Source: Reclinomonas americana ATCC 50394
Lineage: Eukaryota
DNA: 35,611 bases
Direction: 5' to 3'
Assembly: GCA_048213135.1 (NCBI GenBank)
Contig: PS015022.1
Span: 190,638 to 226,248 of the forward strand
The position numbers were made by a program, and so were the translations under genes. The notes under the pieces were generated by a model, which saw only the letters and a program-made list of their open reading frames with translations, was not told where the DNA came from and did no database searches. Shown one piece after another: positions 1 through 12,657 of this stretch (the first letter of the stretch is position 1; each line of letters begins with the position of its first letter).

Positions 1-34
1 CAGGAGAACTGTGATGTACTCATTGTTTGTGCAG

Positions 35-2190
35 GCCGAATTGATGCTGCAGCAGAGAGTGGCCGAGGTGCGTGCGGAGACGCAGCAGCTGCTGGCCGAT
101 CGCGAACAGCAGCACAAGGCGACGCTGGCCGACGCTCTGGCCAAGGTCGACGCCACCTACCGTGCCAAGATTGTGCAACTGCAGGAGGCCACCAAGCAGC
201 AAAAGTTGTGTGCTGCACCGTGGGAAGGGGAGGTGAACTCAGAATCACTTTTGTCTCATGCGTGTCAACAGGAGTGCACGCGATCAGCAGTTTGTCGGGG
301 CGCTGGAGGAGCGCAACAAGGCGATCGAGAAGCTGAATGAGCAGCTGGTGGCGGCGCGCCAGGAGCGACAGAAGCTGATTGAGGACGCACGCGCGCGACT
401 TGCCGAGATGCAGAAGCGCTACGCCGCATCGTCGTCTGCGGCGGCTGAGAACAGTGGCTACGCAGCCGAGGATGTGAAGTTGGTACGTCGTGGCGCATGT
501 GTGAGGACACAGTCAGTGCTTGCGCCAACTCACACGTATTTTTTGCAGGCCATGAATCGTATCTACGTCGACTTTGAAAAGTCAGTCGACAAGTCGGCGA
601 GCTATCCGAGTTTCGTGTTGTTGTGCCTTTCGTGCATGCATCGGCATTCTGACCTTTCATGCTTCTGCAGCTCGCGAAGTGTTGACAAAGCTGGTGGCCA
701 CCATCAAGAGCGTCACGGCGCGCTTCATGGCTGGAGAGCTGGTGGACGACGACGATGACGATGAGGAGGAGGACGAGGAAGAAGAAGAGGAGGAGGAGGC
801 GGAGGAGGAGGAAGAGGAGGCGCCTGCAGTGGCGGCTGCTGGCTCGGTGTCGGTGGGAGAGGCTGATGAAGATGAGGAGGAGGAGGAGGAGGAAGCGGCT
901 GTTGGCGAGGCCGTGCCGCCGCCTGTGGTTGCCGCAGTGTTGCCATCTCCTGTTGTATCGCCGCACGATGTACACGTGGTGGTGTCAAGTTCGGCGCCGA
1001 GCGCGCACCATGCGGTGCCGGAGCACGTCGCTGCCAGCAGCTCTGCGCCAGAAGTTGTGGCGGTCGAACAGCCGGAGGAAGAGGTGGCCGCGCAAGTGGA
1101 AGCAGAGGAGGAGGTGGTCGTGGCGGAGGAGGAGGAGGAGGACGAAGCGCCAGCAGAGACCTCGGTTGTCGACGCTCCGCGTGCGCCTTCACCCGCATCA
1201 GCACCTGCTCCGGAACCGGTGGTTGCCCCCGCTCCGGCTCCAGTGCCTGTGCCAGCTCCAGCTCCAGTGCCTACTGCCGCACCTGAACCAGTGCCAGTCG
1301 CGACGATTGCCGTCAGTCAGCCACCGCCACCACTGTCACCGCCACCAGTGGCACCAGCACCTGCTTCACCGGCTGGTGTCCGCGTGCTGTCGGTCGAGTC
1401 GGCGGCACCGGCACCGACGCCGGAGAAATCACCGCTGAAGACGGCCGATGCCGCAAGCGGTTTGTTTGGCACCGATGAAGACGCAGAGCATGTCACTGCT
1501 CCTCCGTCGGCCGAAAAGAAGCCGTCTGGAGCCGCCGCCGCCGCTGCAACAGTCAAGGCCAGCAGCGCTGGTGGACTGTTTGGCGACGGAGACGATGATG
1601 AGGCTGGAGGGATTTTCGGCGACGGAGACGCGTTGCGTGCTGACAGAATTTCCTTTTTGTGCTTTTATTGTTTGCTTGTGCTCACTGTTGGGCACTCTGA
1701 CAGTCCGGCGGAGCGCAAGCCAGCTCGCCCTGCTGCGTCTGCAGCCAAGAAGAATGCACCACCACCGAAGCAGTCATCATCATCGTTGTTTGGCGATGAC
1801 GACGACACGGAAGACATTCTCGGTGGATTGCCTGTTGGTGCGTTGACTTGGCAACCAGGTTCTCTCTCTCCCTCCTGTGTGTTGACGTCTTCTCTGCAGC
1901 CGCGCCATCCTCGTCATCATCGTCGTCCGGTGGTCGTGGGGCGCGCCGTGTTGTTGCCGAGGACACGGGCTTGGATGCGGCTCCTGTGGACGAGATCTTT
2001 GGTGATCCACTGGCGGCAACGGCCGCCGCCAACGCCGCAGCTGCAGCACCTCCACGAACGGTTTGTTTTCATCGATCGTCTTCTGAATCAAGTCCGTGTG
2101 TGGCTCACACTCTTTGGTGTCGTTGTTGCTGCGCAGCGCCAAGCCAAGGCTGCAGTGTCTACCATCTCCGACGACGAGTTGTTCAACTAA
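35..2190 (+). CDS. 5'-truncated FKBP15-like (WASH/retromer-associated) protein: coiled coil, conserved helical segment, acidic/Pro-rich tail with LF-acidic motifs
   Basis: Introns 205-271 (or 208-271), 483-548, 610-670, 1632-1703, 1838-1899, 2061-2136; stop at 2190. The spliced segment AEDVKLAMNRIYVDFEKSVDKSASYPTREVLTKLVATIKSVTARF resembles, from memory, the FKBP15 post-coiled-coil region (VKKIMNQVF..TIKMVT). The tail has LFGDDDD-type motifs. Confidence 0.6.
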
Positions 2191-2340
2191 ACCGATATGC
2201 ACCTGTCGCCGCTGTGACCACGAGACGAATGAAAAGGATTAATGTCTACAAAAAACAACTTTTGACGCATAGTGCACAGCTTTTTTTTACTTGGCTGTTT
2301 TTTTGTTGATGATGTTGATGGAGATACAGTGTGAGGTCGA

Positions 2341-5300
2341 TTATCTGCAAATAGAGAGTGATGAGTCAAGAGTTTCTGGGGAGCGGAGAGATGATGTGGC
2401 GAAACTGTGACCGTGATTCGTCGTTTTGATCAAAGTCTGTGTGTGCAAGGAGGGTGGGTGAGTCACTTGGACTGTACGGATCCTTTGCACCTGTGCAGCT
2501 CACACTCACCACTTGATTGCTCGGTAGCTTCAGGAGTAATGGGAGAATTGAGTGAAACGCACTTTTCACACAGGTAGGAGGCGAGACAACTCACCTTGTG
2601 GTGAGAAATCATCTGTGCGACAAGCAAGCATGCACAGTCAGCAAGTGACACCAAATAACGGAATGCAGACAACGAGACGACGCACCCATGGAGTCAAAGT
2701 CCGAGTTCGAGAGCAACTCATCCTCGTCGGCAGAGCCCACTGGCTGCCATTCGCGCTGCGCGGACTTGGCAAGTGCCTCGGGGACAGCTGTAAAGAGAGG
2801 TGAGACAGTGGAACCACGGCGGCACAAGGGTTGGAAGTTCACTGACCCGAGTCTTCCAAGTTGGCGACATCGGCTACGCATGGATAATGGGAGTCGTGAG
2901 CGACAGCAACAGTCAAGAGAGCGACGTGGGGAGACACGACTATGAACCATTCTCAGTGTTGTTGACTTGATCAAAGTCGGCGGCTGTTTTCACCGTGAGT
3001 AACTGGTGGTATCGAGCACACCATGCACACACACACACACACACCAAACGCACCGTACTCAGCACCTGGAACCTGCAACTGGGTCTGCTGCAATTGCTCC
3101 TGTGCCACCGGCTGCGAGGCGTAGTCCAGTCCATTTCCTGCACAAGAGAAATTAAGATGAAGAAAACCCCACACAAGCAACAACACTCAATACTGCAGAC
3201 CGAGAGTCAGCGTGTGTGCGAGTTCCAGGTGGTGCTGTTGCATGGCAGCACGCGAGCGCACAGAGAGGCACTTCCATGGCGCCGTAGAGGCGCGGCCACC
3301 GCTGCGCGCGGCCTTGGAGCACAGCTTGCGGGCGCGTCGGCGGAGGATCTTCAGTCGGCAAAGGTACTTGTCCGGCGCCTGCAGCTTCTTGCACTTGCGG
3401 TAGCGACGCTGTTAAGATGGTATGTGAGTGAAGAGTATGGTGTGATACCAGTGAAAGCTGCACAAACCAGTTGTTTGCGAGTGAGCAGCGAGCGCAGCGG
3501 CAAGCCACCTGCCATGATGAGGTGGTGAGAATAACATGAGAAACAACACCGCCACGCTGCAAGTCACTCACGTGATCGGCGGCTGCGGCCACGGCGAGAG
3601 CGAGCACGGGGGCGACGGGGAGCAGCATCGTCGGCTGCAATGAACAAGAAATGAGCAAAAAGCATTCGCTAGTGGTGTAGGGACAAGACGAACCGTCGTC
3701 ACCACCGCGGCGGCGGCGCAGCTTCTTCTGCGGCTTCTCGTCGTCTGCAACACACATGTTGGAGACACCAAAAAAACAAACAGGGAGTAACACACTCTCC
3801 GATCACTCACCATCATCGTCGCCGGCTGCAGGAGCAGCACGACGGCGTCGTTGGCGTCGGCGAGGCGGGTCTGCAAGAGCGGAGATCAGAGTTGTGGTGA
3901 GGGGTGTTACGCGTGTTGACGAAAGCATACCAACGTCGTCATCGTCCACGGCCAGACTGCCGGCCGACTTGCGCGGTCGTCGTCTCGCTGTGTTTCCACT
4001 TTGGTGAATGACTGACCATCAACGCAAGGACAACAACAAATATCGCGTACCCGGCATATCATCAGCATCGTCTGTGGAAGGCATCTTGGGTGCCGGGGCC
4101 ACAGCGTCGGCATCGTCGTCCTCGTTCAGGCTGCGACGCGGGCGACGGCGGGAGCGGCGGCGACGGCGGCCAACGCTCTCGTTGCTGTCGTCGTCCTGGT
4201 CAGCGTCGCGCACCTTTCTCGTGCGTCGTCTGCGAGCTGGCCTGTCGACCTCGTCGTCTGCACGTGCATCAACACCAGAGTGAGGGACACGGCAACAAAC
4301 TAATGCACACACGTGTTGAGTTGTGCTCACCAGGGGCGTCGTCAGCATCGCGTGAGCGACGAGAGCGGCGCTTGGGAAGCGCGGCGGCATCGTCACCATC
4401 CTCGTCGTTGGAGGCGCGACGACGGCGGCGGCGGCCGAAGCGTTCCACGGACTGGTCGCTCTCCTCGTCGACATCCCGGGAAGCGCGACGACGACGACGG
4501 CGCTTGGGCGCAGCATCGTCACGGACTGCAGGCACTCGTGAATTAGCAAGTCGCCACTATGATGAGTGCGAGGTCTTGAACGCAACTGCTGCTGTCGCCG
4601 TCCTCGTTGTCGTCGCTCTGCTTGCGGCTGTTGCGACGGCGGCGGCGTGGGCGCGCATCGGCGTCTATGTTGCAATATGTCAGCGAACGACTTGAGAGTG
4701 GTCACAGGCAACGACAGAGAAAGGGGAGGCGAACCGAGGCCGTCAGCATCCGAGTCGCGGTTGCGGTTGCGATTGCGTCTGCGACGGGCAACTGCGAGCA
4801 CAACAAGATAAAAGTCAGCCAGAAATGCGACAGGGTGGGAAATGAATATATATGATCTCATCCACGAGCCTCGTGCACGCAGAGCTGCAGGGGGGAAGAG
4901 GAGATGAGAGACAAGTGACCGTGCGGCATGCAAGATGGAGAATCACAAACCGCGATGCAGGCGTCCAAGTTCTTGGGCAAGTCGGCGCACTGAATCTGCG
5001 TGGATGTGAAGCGCATCAGCCAATAACACCCACCAGTGAAACACTGTGAAGGGTGACATACCAGAAACATGGCGGCTGGGCTGCAACTCGCCACCTTCTT
5101 CTTCGGCGGCATCACCGCCTTCCTGGCGAGGACGACGGCGGCGACGGCCACCAGCCTGCTCCTCGTCCTGGTCACGCGAGTCACGACGGCGGCGACGGCG
5201 GCCACCAGTCTGCTCCTCGTCCTCGGCACCACCGCGGTCACGGCGACGGCGGTCGCGCATGTCCGAGACGCGGGACGCTGTGCAGGGGGTTGTCAGCAAC

Positions 5301-7062
5301 GTGATAACGAGCAGCACGCAGCACACTTCAACCACACGTACCGAGGCGGCGACGGCACTTGCGGGCCTTGGCGCGCCAGATCTTCAGCTTGCGCACGGCA
5401 GTGGAGAGCGTGCGCTTGGCACGGCGGAGCAGGTTGCGCGCCTTGCGGTACTTGCGGCTCATGGCCGAGTTGGCCGTGTTAGAGGAGCTGCGCTCCTGCT
5501 CACGCCACTGCTGCACACGCTGACGCATGCGCATCAGGCGGCGACGAGCCGATACGACGGCGCGCTTCAGACGCGAGTTGTTGACGCGAATGCGGCGCAA
5601 CAATGCATTCTGGCGCTTCAGTCGAATCACTGCGCGCTTTGCGTTGCGTCGGACATCCTGTGAATCGCCACCAAAGATCAGCACTGTGTGTGTGTGTGTG
5701 AAGGTGCGATGTGAAGGCACGGGTTTTTACCTCGTCCTCGTCCTTCAGCTTGCCGTAGCTGCCGGTGCATGCGCGGGCCTGGCGAGCAGCACGCCGCAGC
5801 CGCTGGTACAGGTTGCGGTTCTGCTCCGTGCATCCCACACCGGCTGCAAATGTCATCGGGGAGAAGATGAGCAACACACCGCATTGAAAGGAGTTTTCGC
5901 ACGCACCCTTTCGGTACTTGACAAGCATGTTCTTGAAGAGGTGCGTCTGAGCCTTGTAGTGCTGCACAGTGCGACGGAGCTGCGATACGCAAATGTCATG
6001 CGCCGGGCAGAGGAGGGGAAGAGATGTGCCCGCGTCTCCCCCACGCAACATGCAGGATCTCACGCCACTGGTGCATGATCTTTTGTGTGTACCGTGAAGT
6101 CGCAGCGTTGCGCCCGCCATACGACTGCGAGCCACCATACGACTGCGAGCCACCACCATACGAGCTGCGGCCAGAAAAGTCGTCGTTGCCAAACGACGAC
6201 GCGGAGGAAGAGGGGGGCGGAAAGTACGACGGAGTCCGCGCAACCACACCGCCACGCACGCCACTCCTGCCTCCCAGATTGTCAAACGGATTCGAGGCAA
6301 ACGGATTGCGGCTGGCTGCTGCTCCCCCGCGGCTGCCAACACCAGCACCGCCACCGGTAAAACGATCGCCACGACGCAGTGGATCCATCAGCGGATCCTC
6401 ACCCGTCGGGTCAATGGGAGGCGGATCCAGCGGGCCACCCATTCCATCGTCGCCCAGTCCATTGCCATCGACATCGGAGAAGGCGTCGCCGTAATCTGCT
6501 GACAGGCACACGAATGATTGTCACGATCAGCGGTGTCAATGAAGAAACGAAAAGAGTGAGCGTGCGACGCACTCTCGTCGTCGAGTTGCGCGAGAAGTTG
6601 CACTGCGCTCATGACCATCGAATCAGTGCAAACTTATGTCACACTCACAGTGCAAAGTGGACCGCGCACGCACCCAAGTCAGCATCTGTCAATGAGCTGC
6701 TGATGTCCTCCTCGTCGTCCATGTTTGACGCTGCTCAACGATGATGAGAGAGTGGAATGAATGAAAGACGCACACAAAATCGGCGCAACGTCTGAGCAAG
6801 TCATCGTCGATGTTGCCACCTTGCTCAGCCCACACTGCTGGTGACTCTGTGCCACACATAACGTTACACACGCACACAAAGAGAGAGAGACACTCACGCG
6901 CGCGCATACCATCAACAACCTGCACACACACACACAAAGGAAATGATCAGTGTCTCTCTCTCTCTTTGTCACATACAGACAGGCACACACCTGCGAGTGC
7001 ACCGCCACTGCCACTGTCGCCACCACGAGCGACAGTAACAGAAGCAGCACTACTCTGCGCAT
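2341..7062 (-). CDS. Secreted low-complexity protein with alternating Arg-rich and Asp/Glu-rich blocks, ~30 exons
   Basis: ATG 7062 starts a signal peptide (MRRVVLLLLLSLVVATVAVAVHSQ). The frame can be followed through ~29 introns, mostly phase 1. It contains YGGSQS repeats, basic helices and DD..RRRRR modules. The last exon and stop (2341, alternatively 2366) are uncertain. Confidence 0.7.
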
Positions 7063-7191
7063 GAAGAAGAGCACACAACAACAAAAAGATATTCAACGTG
7101 CTCGCGCAAGATATCTGCACCACAACTGTCCACTGATCATTGACTGACTGAGCGAGAGAGACAACAGAGAAGGCCGGCAGCGGTCTTTGCG
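7063..7191. promoter_or_regulatory. Putative bidirectional promoter
   Basis: Only 129 bp separate the divergent ATGs at 7062(-) and 7192(+). Confidence 0.5.
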
Positions 7192-10100
7192 ATGGAGACC
7201 GCCAGGAGGAGGAAGAGAAGACAGGCGCTATTATGCGTGGCAGTGGCACTTGTCGTCGTCTTGCTGTGCGCATGTGTCACTGTGGCAAGTGGAGCGCGTG
7301 TGCGTGCCTCGGCGGCTGCTGAGTCGCTGAAGCGTGCGCGTCTGTGTGGTCGCGGTGGTGGCTCGTGTGGGTTTGAGGGGTACTTGTACTTTGGGGATTC
7401 GTGGGATACGCGGTCGGAGCGCAAGGCGCCGGCGCTTAATCCGTGCGATTATCGCGAGGTGGGCGCGAGGTGGCGAGTGCATTTTGTGGAGGTTGGTGGG
7501 GATCGCAGAGGGAGGAGGAGGGGGGAGAAGGAGAAGGAGGGAGAGATGGGGAAGGGAGGGGAGAGGGAGGGGAGAGGGAGGGGAGAGGGAGGGGAGAGGA
7601 AGGTGAGAATGTATGCATTGTCTGTGTACGGGCGGAGGCAGTGTTGCTTTGTGTGCGTGTGTGTGTGTGTGTGTGTGTGAATGTTACATGTGTGTGTGTA
7701 CAAGCGCGTGTGCAAGTTGTGTATGCAAGTGTGTGGAAGTGTACTTGTATCGCTTTATGAATCACTGTGTTTTTGTTCCGCAGTATGTTTGTGTACATGC
7801 GTTTGTGTGTATTTCGCTGTGCTTTAGACTGTGTTGCTGCATGTGTTTGTGTCTGTGTGTGCTGATGGAGATGCGTGTTCTGCAGGCGCGTGAAGAGGAC
7901 AGTGTGTTTGATATCTCCTTCGTGTCGACGCGGATGCGGGTGAACTGCGCGGTGAGCAACGATGGCACGAGGCGGCTGAGCTCGCAACTGGAGGCCATGC
8001 CGATGCGTATTGTGCAGAACCACGTTGCGTCTTTGCATCATCGTGTGTGTCTGGCGAGCGCGTGCTCATGCGGTAGTGTGCATGCAGGCGACTGGTGTGG
8101 TCAAGAGCGTTCACTTTCACAAGAATATGCCCCGCGAGGGTGTGGCCATGGCGTCGTCGTTCTTGCACTCGATCAATCTGCACGTTCTTCCGTCGGTGGA
8201 GGCCGCAGCGTCGCCAACGGAGCAGCCTGGTGAGCAAGGCCAGTTGCTGTTTCTCGACACGTCGGATGGGTCGTCGGAGCCGTTGCTTCGCCTGTGCGTT
8301 GCTTTGAAAAGAGAGGTTATCGATTACCTGTGCTCATTTAGAGATGCAGTCTCACATCCGAAGCCGACGGCGAGCACACGGTGGTGCGCCACCAGTTTGT
8401 CAGCGTCTCCGAGTTCGAGGTCAACGAAAAGGGCATTCACAAGCTCGAGTTGCGTGGGTGTACCGATCCAGGAGTGTGATGTATCACGCAGTTGCACTCA
8501 CTCAAATATCTGCACAACAGAAACAGGCTGCTGAAGAGCACGTACTCGGAGGAGGCACAGACCACAGCCAAGGTGCGTCTCGGATTACTGGCATCAATTT
8601 TCCGACATGGTTGTTGTGCTCACTCTTCTGCAACAGGGAGCGGCCACGGTGCGCGTCGATTCGTATGGCGTGACAGTCGAGGCCAGTGGCAGCATCAAGG
8701 TATGAGACGGAGAGAAAGAGTGCGGGTTGTGTACCAGCACTCTTCATCGTCGTTTGACGATGTGTGCAGGTCAAGGCCGGTGACCCGTCGGCCGCCGGTG
8801 AAGTCGGCGTGCGATACGCCAAGCCACAGCTCTTTGTCGCCACCTCGTCGAGCGAGGGCGCAGTGCAAGGTTTGAATTGCTTGTCAAAGTTGAGTGATAC
8901 TGTTCCTTAACCGTCGGTTGTTGATTGCAACAGAAAACAAGGCCGCCGAGGAACTCAAGGACACCATGTCGGCCAATCAGGTAATGTGTCAAATGCTCGC
9001 CGTCCTCGTGCGTGTCGGTGTGCTGACTGCCTCTTGACGATGACAGCCTCCTGGTTTCGGACTCGGCCATCAAATCAAGTTCACCGTGAAGCGTGTCTTG
9101 ATTCCTGAGGATCCCGCTCCCGACGTCCTCGATCTCGCCGAGTACGTGGAAGACGATTTTTATGCGCCACTAACATTGGAGGAGACGATGGACTTTGCAT
9201 TCATCGCCCTCTCGCCGAGCGAACTCACCGCCGTGGTAGAGCAGTTGCGGCAACACTTCAATGCCAGGCAAAAGTCTTTCGAAAGGTGACTGACAGCGTA
9301 CCATCGCGTGTGCAGAGCTTGCAACGGTGAGCGCACGCCGGCCGAGGCAGCCGCACTGATCATGCCACACACGTACAAGCCAGAAGCCGTGACGCATGTG
9401 GTTCGCCTGATTGAGCGCGTGCAACACAACTGCAGTGATGAGGCGCTGCAGGCGGTGCGTGTGGCACTCGTGTTGTTGTTGTTGTTATCCGGAGTTGATG
9501 CTGACTGACTGTGATCAATGCAGCTATTTGTGGCAGTGGGCGCACAGAATCACCCGGTGGCACAAGAACACTTGGTGCGTTTCGCGTCTGCACACGCGAC
9601 CAACCATCGTATCCGTCACCACGCGCTGGTCGCGCTGGCACACGATCGAGATGGCCATCGGTTTGGGATTCCAGAGTCGACTGCCGACACGATTCACAAG
9701 TTGCATTCGTTGTGGCGGCGCGATGCGGACACGCAGGTGAGCGCACTGGAGGGGAGGGGGGGAGAAAATGAGAGGGAAAGGATGCAGTGTGCGAGTTGGG
9801 TGCAACGCGCAGTAGGGAGAGTGAGAAAGAACGTAGTATGTGCATGAGATGTGCGAGGTGAAAGGAGAAGAGAGGGCGGTGCACTGAGCGACTTACCATG
9901 AGATGCTACACAGTTGTGATGAGAGTGAAAGAAAAGTGGTGCATGAAGCGAGTTTACAAGCAGTGCTCAGAAAGAGGAAAATTTGCCTTACCCTCTATCT
10001 GCATCACTCACTCTCTTTCCTCCTCTCGCAGGTGCTGCTGACTCTGACGGCTGCCATTGGCACCCGGCAGACGGCAGAGGGCTTCGAGCACGTCATCTCG

Positions 10101-12521
10101 GCCATTGAGGACGAAGCGCGTGTGCTCCTTCGCCAGCAACACCACGCTCCACCAACACCGGGCCATCTGGCGCACATGACCGTGTTGGTGCGCTCGCTAA
10201 GCAATGCCGGTGCTCCGCAGGCGCTCTCCTTCCTCGAAGCATGTGTTCGTCAGCATCGCGACAATGCTGTGAAGCGCGAGGCTGTGACGGCGCTGTCACG
10301 CATTGCCGCTCCCGAATCGACTCACGTGCTGATGAGTTTGGCACACGACGCCTCTGTCGACCACGATGTTCGCCTGGCCGCCGTGCAGTCGCTGTCGATG
10401 CGGTTCGTCCATTTTATTCTTGAGTGGTGTGGTCTGTCGTGTGTCGCTCACAGTGCGCCACAGCAACACGATGCGCCGACACTTCAATCGCACGCCGGAG
10501 GAAGCGTACGAGGCGGCCATGCGTGCAGAGCCACCACGAGACAGGAGTGACGATGATAACGACAACAATAACGATGACCAGAACGACGATGAGCCTGCGC
10601 AGGACGGTGGTGATGGCGACTCGTGGCAGCTGAAAAAGTTGCGCTTTTCTGCGTACTCTGCAATGTCGAGAGTCTTGCCTCAACAGTGCTTCCCCGTGGT
10701 GCGCACAGAGAGTTTCAGAGTCCGCAGTTTGGCAAGGTATTGACAGCAAGCTGATGAACTCGCTGTGCTTCGCTTGCTGACAACTGTTTGTCTGCGCCAC
10801 AGCACATTTTGAATGGCTCCTTCTCTGCCAGCATCGACATGAATGCGTCAAAGAGGTGTGGTGCTTTATATTATTTGCGAGGAGTATTGTGGACTGTGTG
10901 TGTCTCACCCTTTGTTCTCTATGTGTGTATCGCAGTGGCGATGACACGCTGCAAATGTTGCGTTGTATGGGCGACCATTGCAACAGTGACAACTCGCACT
11001 CATTCCTTCCCACTTGCAGGTCTGGTGTGGCGAATGTGGAGATGCCATTCCAGGTCTGCCTCTCTTGCGCGTGTAGACGACTGCTGTGAGAGTGGTCTCA
11101 TCTGTCGGGATGCATATGCAGGTGTGGAAATTCCACATGAAGGCATTCGAGGCCACAGCACGCGCCACATACCCTTCTGAGGAGGGCGCAGATGCCACTG
11201 TCGAGTTCAATGTGCAGGTTCACACAGGAGTGAGGACTCTATCTGTGATGATCACCACCCTCACCGCGCGTTTGTGCACCACAGTCATTCGGCGTCAGCC
11301 TCTTCCAGGAGGTGTTCAACCGCCAAGTGCAACCGGTGCAGACGCAAGACACATGCAATCTCGGCGCCGAGCCAACTCAAGATGTTGCGTCATGCACTCA
11401 CCCACAGTCTCATCCTCCACCGATCAACCAACATACTGTGCCATCACACAGGAGGAGATTGCCAGCAAGGAGCTCGTCAAGTCGGTGACGAAGAGCAACC
11501 GCAAGTGCTTCAGTTGCGGTGACAGCGATCGCAAAGTGGGAAGAAGTCAGTCACTCACGTTGGCGATTTCTGTGTCCGTGCAGTGGGCAAGATCTGCATC
11601 GGCATGCGTCTGCACGCCACCATGTCACTCAGCGCCAATCTGTACCTGGCGCCATTCGGCTGTGTGCCGCCGGCGGTAACAGCTGGCATCCGCGCGGCAG
11701 CGAAAATTTCGGTATGTCCGGAGGTGGAAGAAGAGGAGATGACAACCATGCGCTGTTTACTCATGGTTGTTGTTGTGTAGATCAGAGCCGAGGGCGGTGT
11801 TGGCACTGCAGCGGCCAAGGGCGGAGTGCGCGGAAAGCTCACGCTGGTCGATATTGCGTTGCCGTTCTTTGTCCGTGCACGCGCTGATGGCGCCTCGTGC
11901 ATGCGAGGCGTTGCGCAAGTCTAGTTGCGTCGGGCGGCGAGTGGTTGGGAGGAGAAAAATGGGGCACTGAAAAAATGTGTGCTCTCGCAGCCCGAGTGGT
12001 GGCAAGTTGAGTGTGTGGTGGGACGCCACTGGCGGTTCGGGTGGGTCGTCGGAACAAGCGCTGGTGGCCGTCGACGAGGACGAGGAACTGGTGGAGGCTA
12101 TTCCGCTGCTGGTCCCCATTGCAGCTCGTGTGGGTGGCATGTTGCTGAAGCACGCGGTGAAGAAGGTGGCCAAGAACATGCTCAAGTCGGGGTTGAAGAA
12201 ACTGGCCAAGAATGTTGCGTCTGTGTGTTGCTTGCATGCGCAAGACAAATGTGACTTACCGAGCGTTTCTTGCCGCGCAGCTGGTTGGAAAATTGCTCAA
12301 GGGCTCCCAGGTGTGTGGGATTGCATGGTCTTGTTGTGTAATCAAGTTGTACTCACTCGTCGCAGACGCTGTGGGAGTGGCACACGCCACATCGCGAGTT
12401 GAATTTGATGGCAGTGGGCCAGTGCACGGTGGAGGATCTGGCCAACTATTCGGGCGGCAACGGCGGTGGTGATGGTAATCGCGGAGGAAATGATGACGAC
12501 GGTGGTGGTCAGTGGTGGTGA
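7192..12521 (+). CDS. Vitellogenin/large lipid transfer protein (LLTP)-like secreted protein, ~26 exons
   Basis: N-terminal hydrophobic signal, then a beta-rich region, a helical/HEAT-like domain (LFVAVGAQNHPVAQEHL; VRSLSNAG; VKREAVTALSRI; VRLAAVQSL), and a C-terminal beta-sheet (IRAEGGVG..KGGVRGKLTLVDIALP). Stop TGA at 12521. Two junctions (~8270-8349, ~10607-10687) are ambiguous. The family call rests on architecture only. Confidence 0.6.
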
Positions 12522-12657
12522 GGCGAGTAAATTACTGGTACAGGGAAGCTCTCTTTATGGCCGCTGAGAGGCAAAGGAAAAAAGCAACGAGCTCACCCAT
12601 TGGCCGTTTGTTCGAATTGCTTGCTCTCCTGTTTCTTAGCGCACTTGCACGCGAATC

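Noticed and set aside
10607-10687. GTTGCGC at 10638 as another shifted donor
   Set aside because: Its phase does not fit the most plausible downstream frame with the CAG acceptor at 10687, so I excluded it from the count. 8282 and 2405(-) are excluded as similarly ambiguous.
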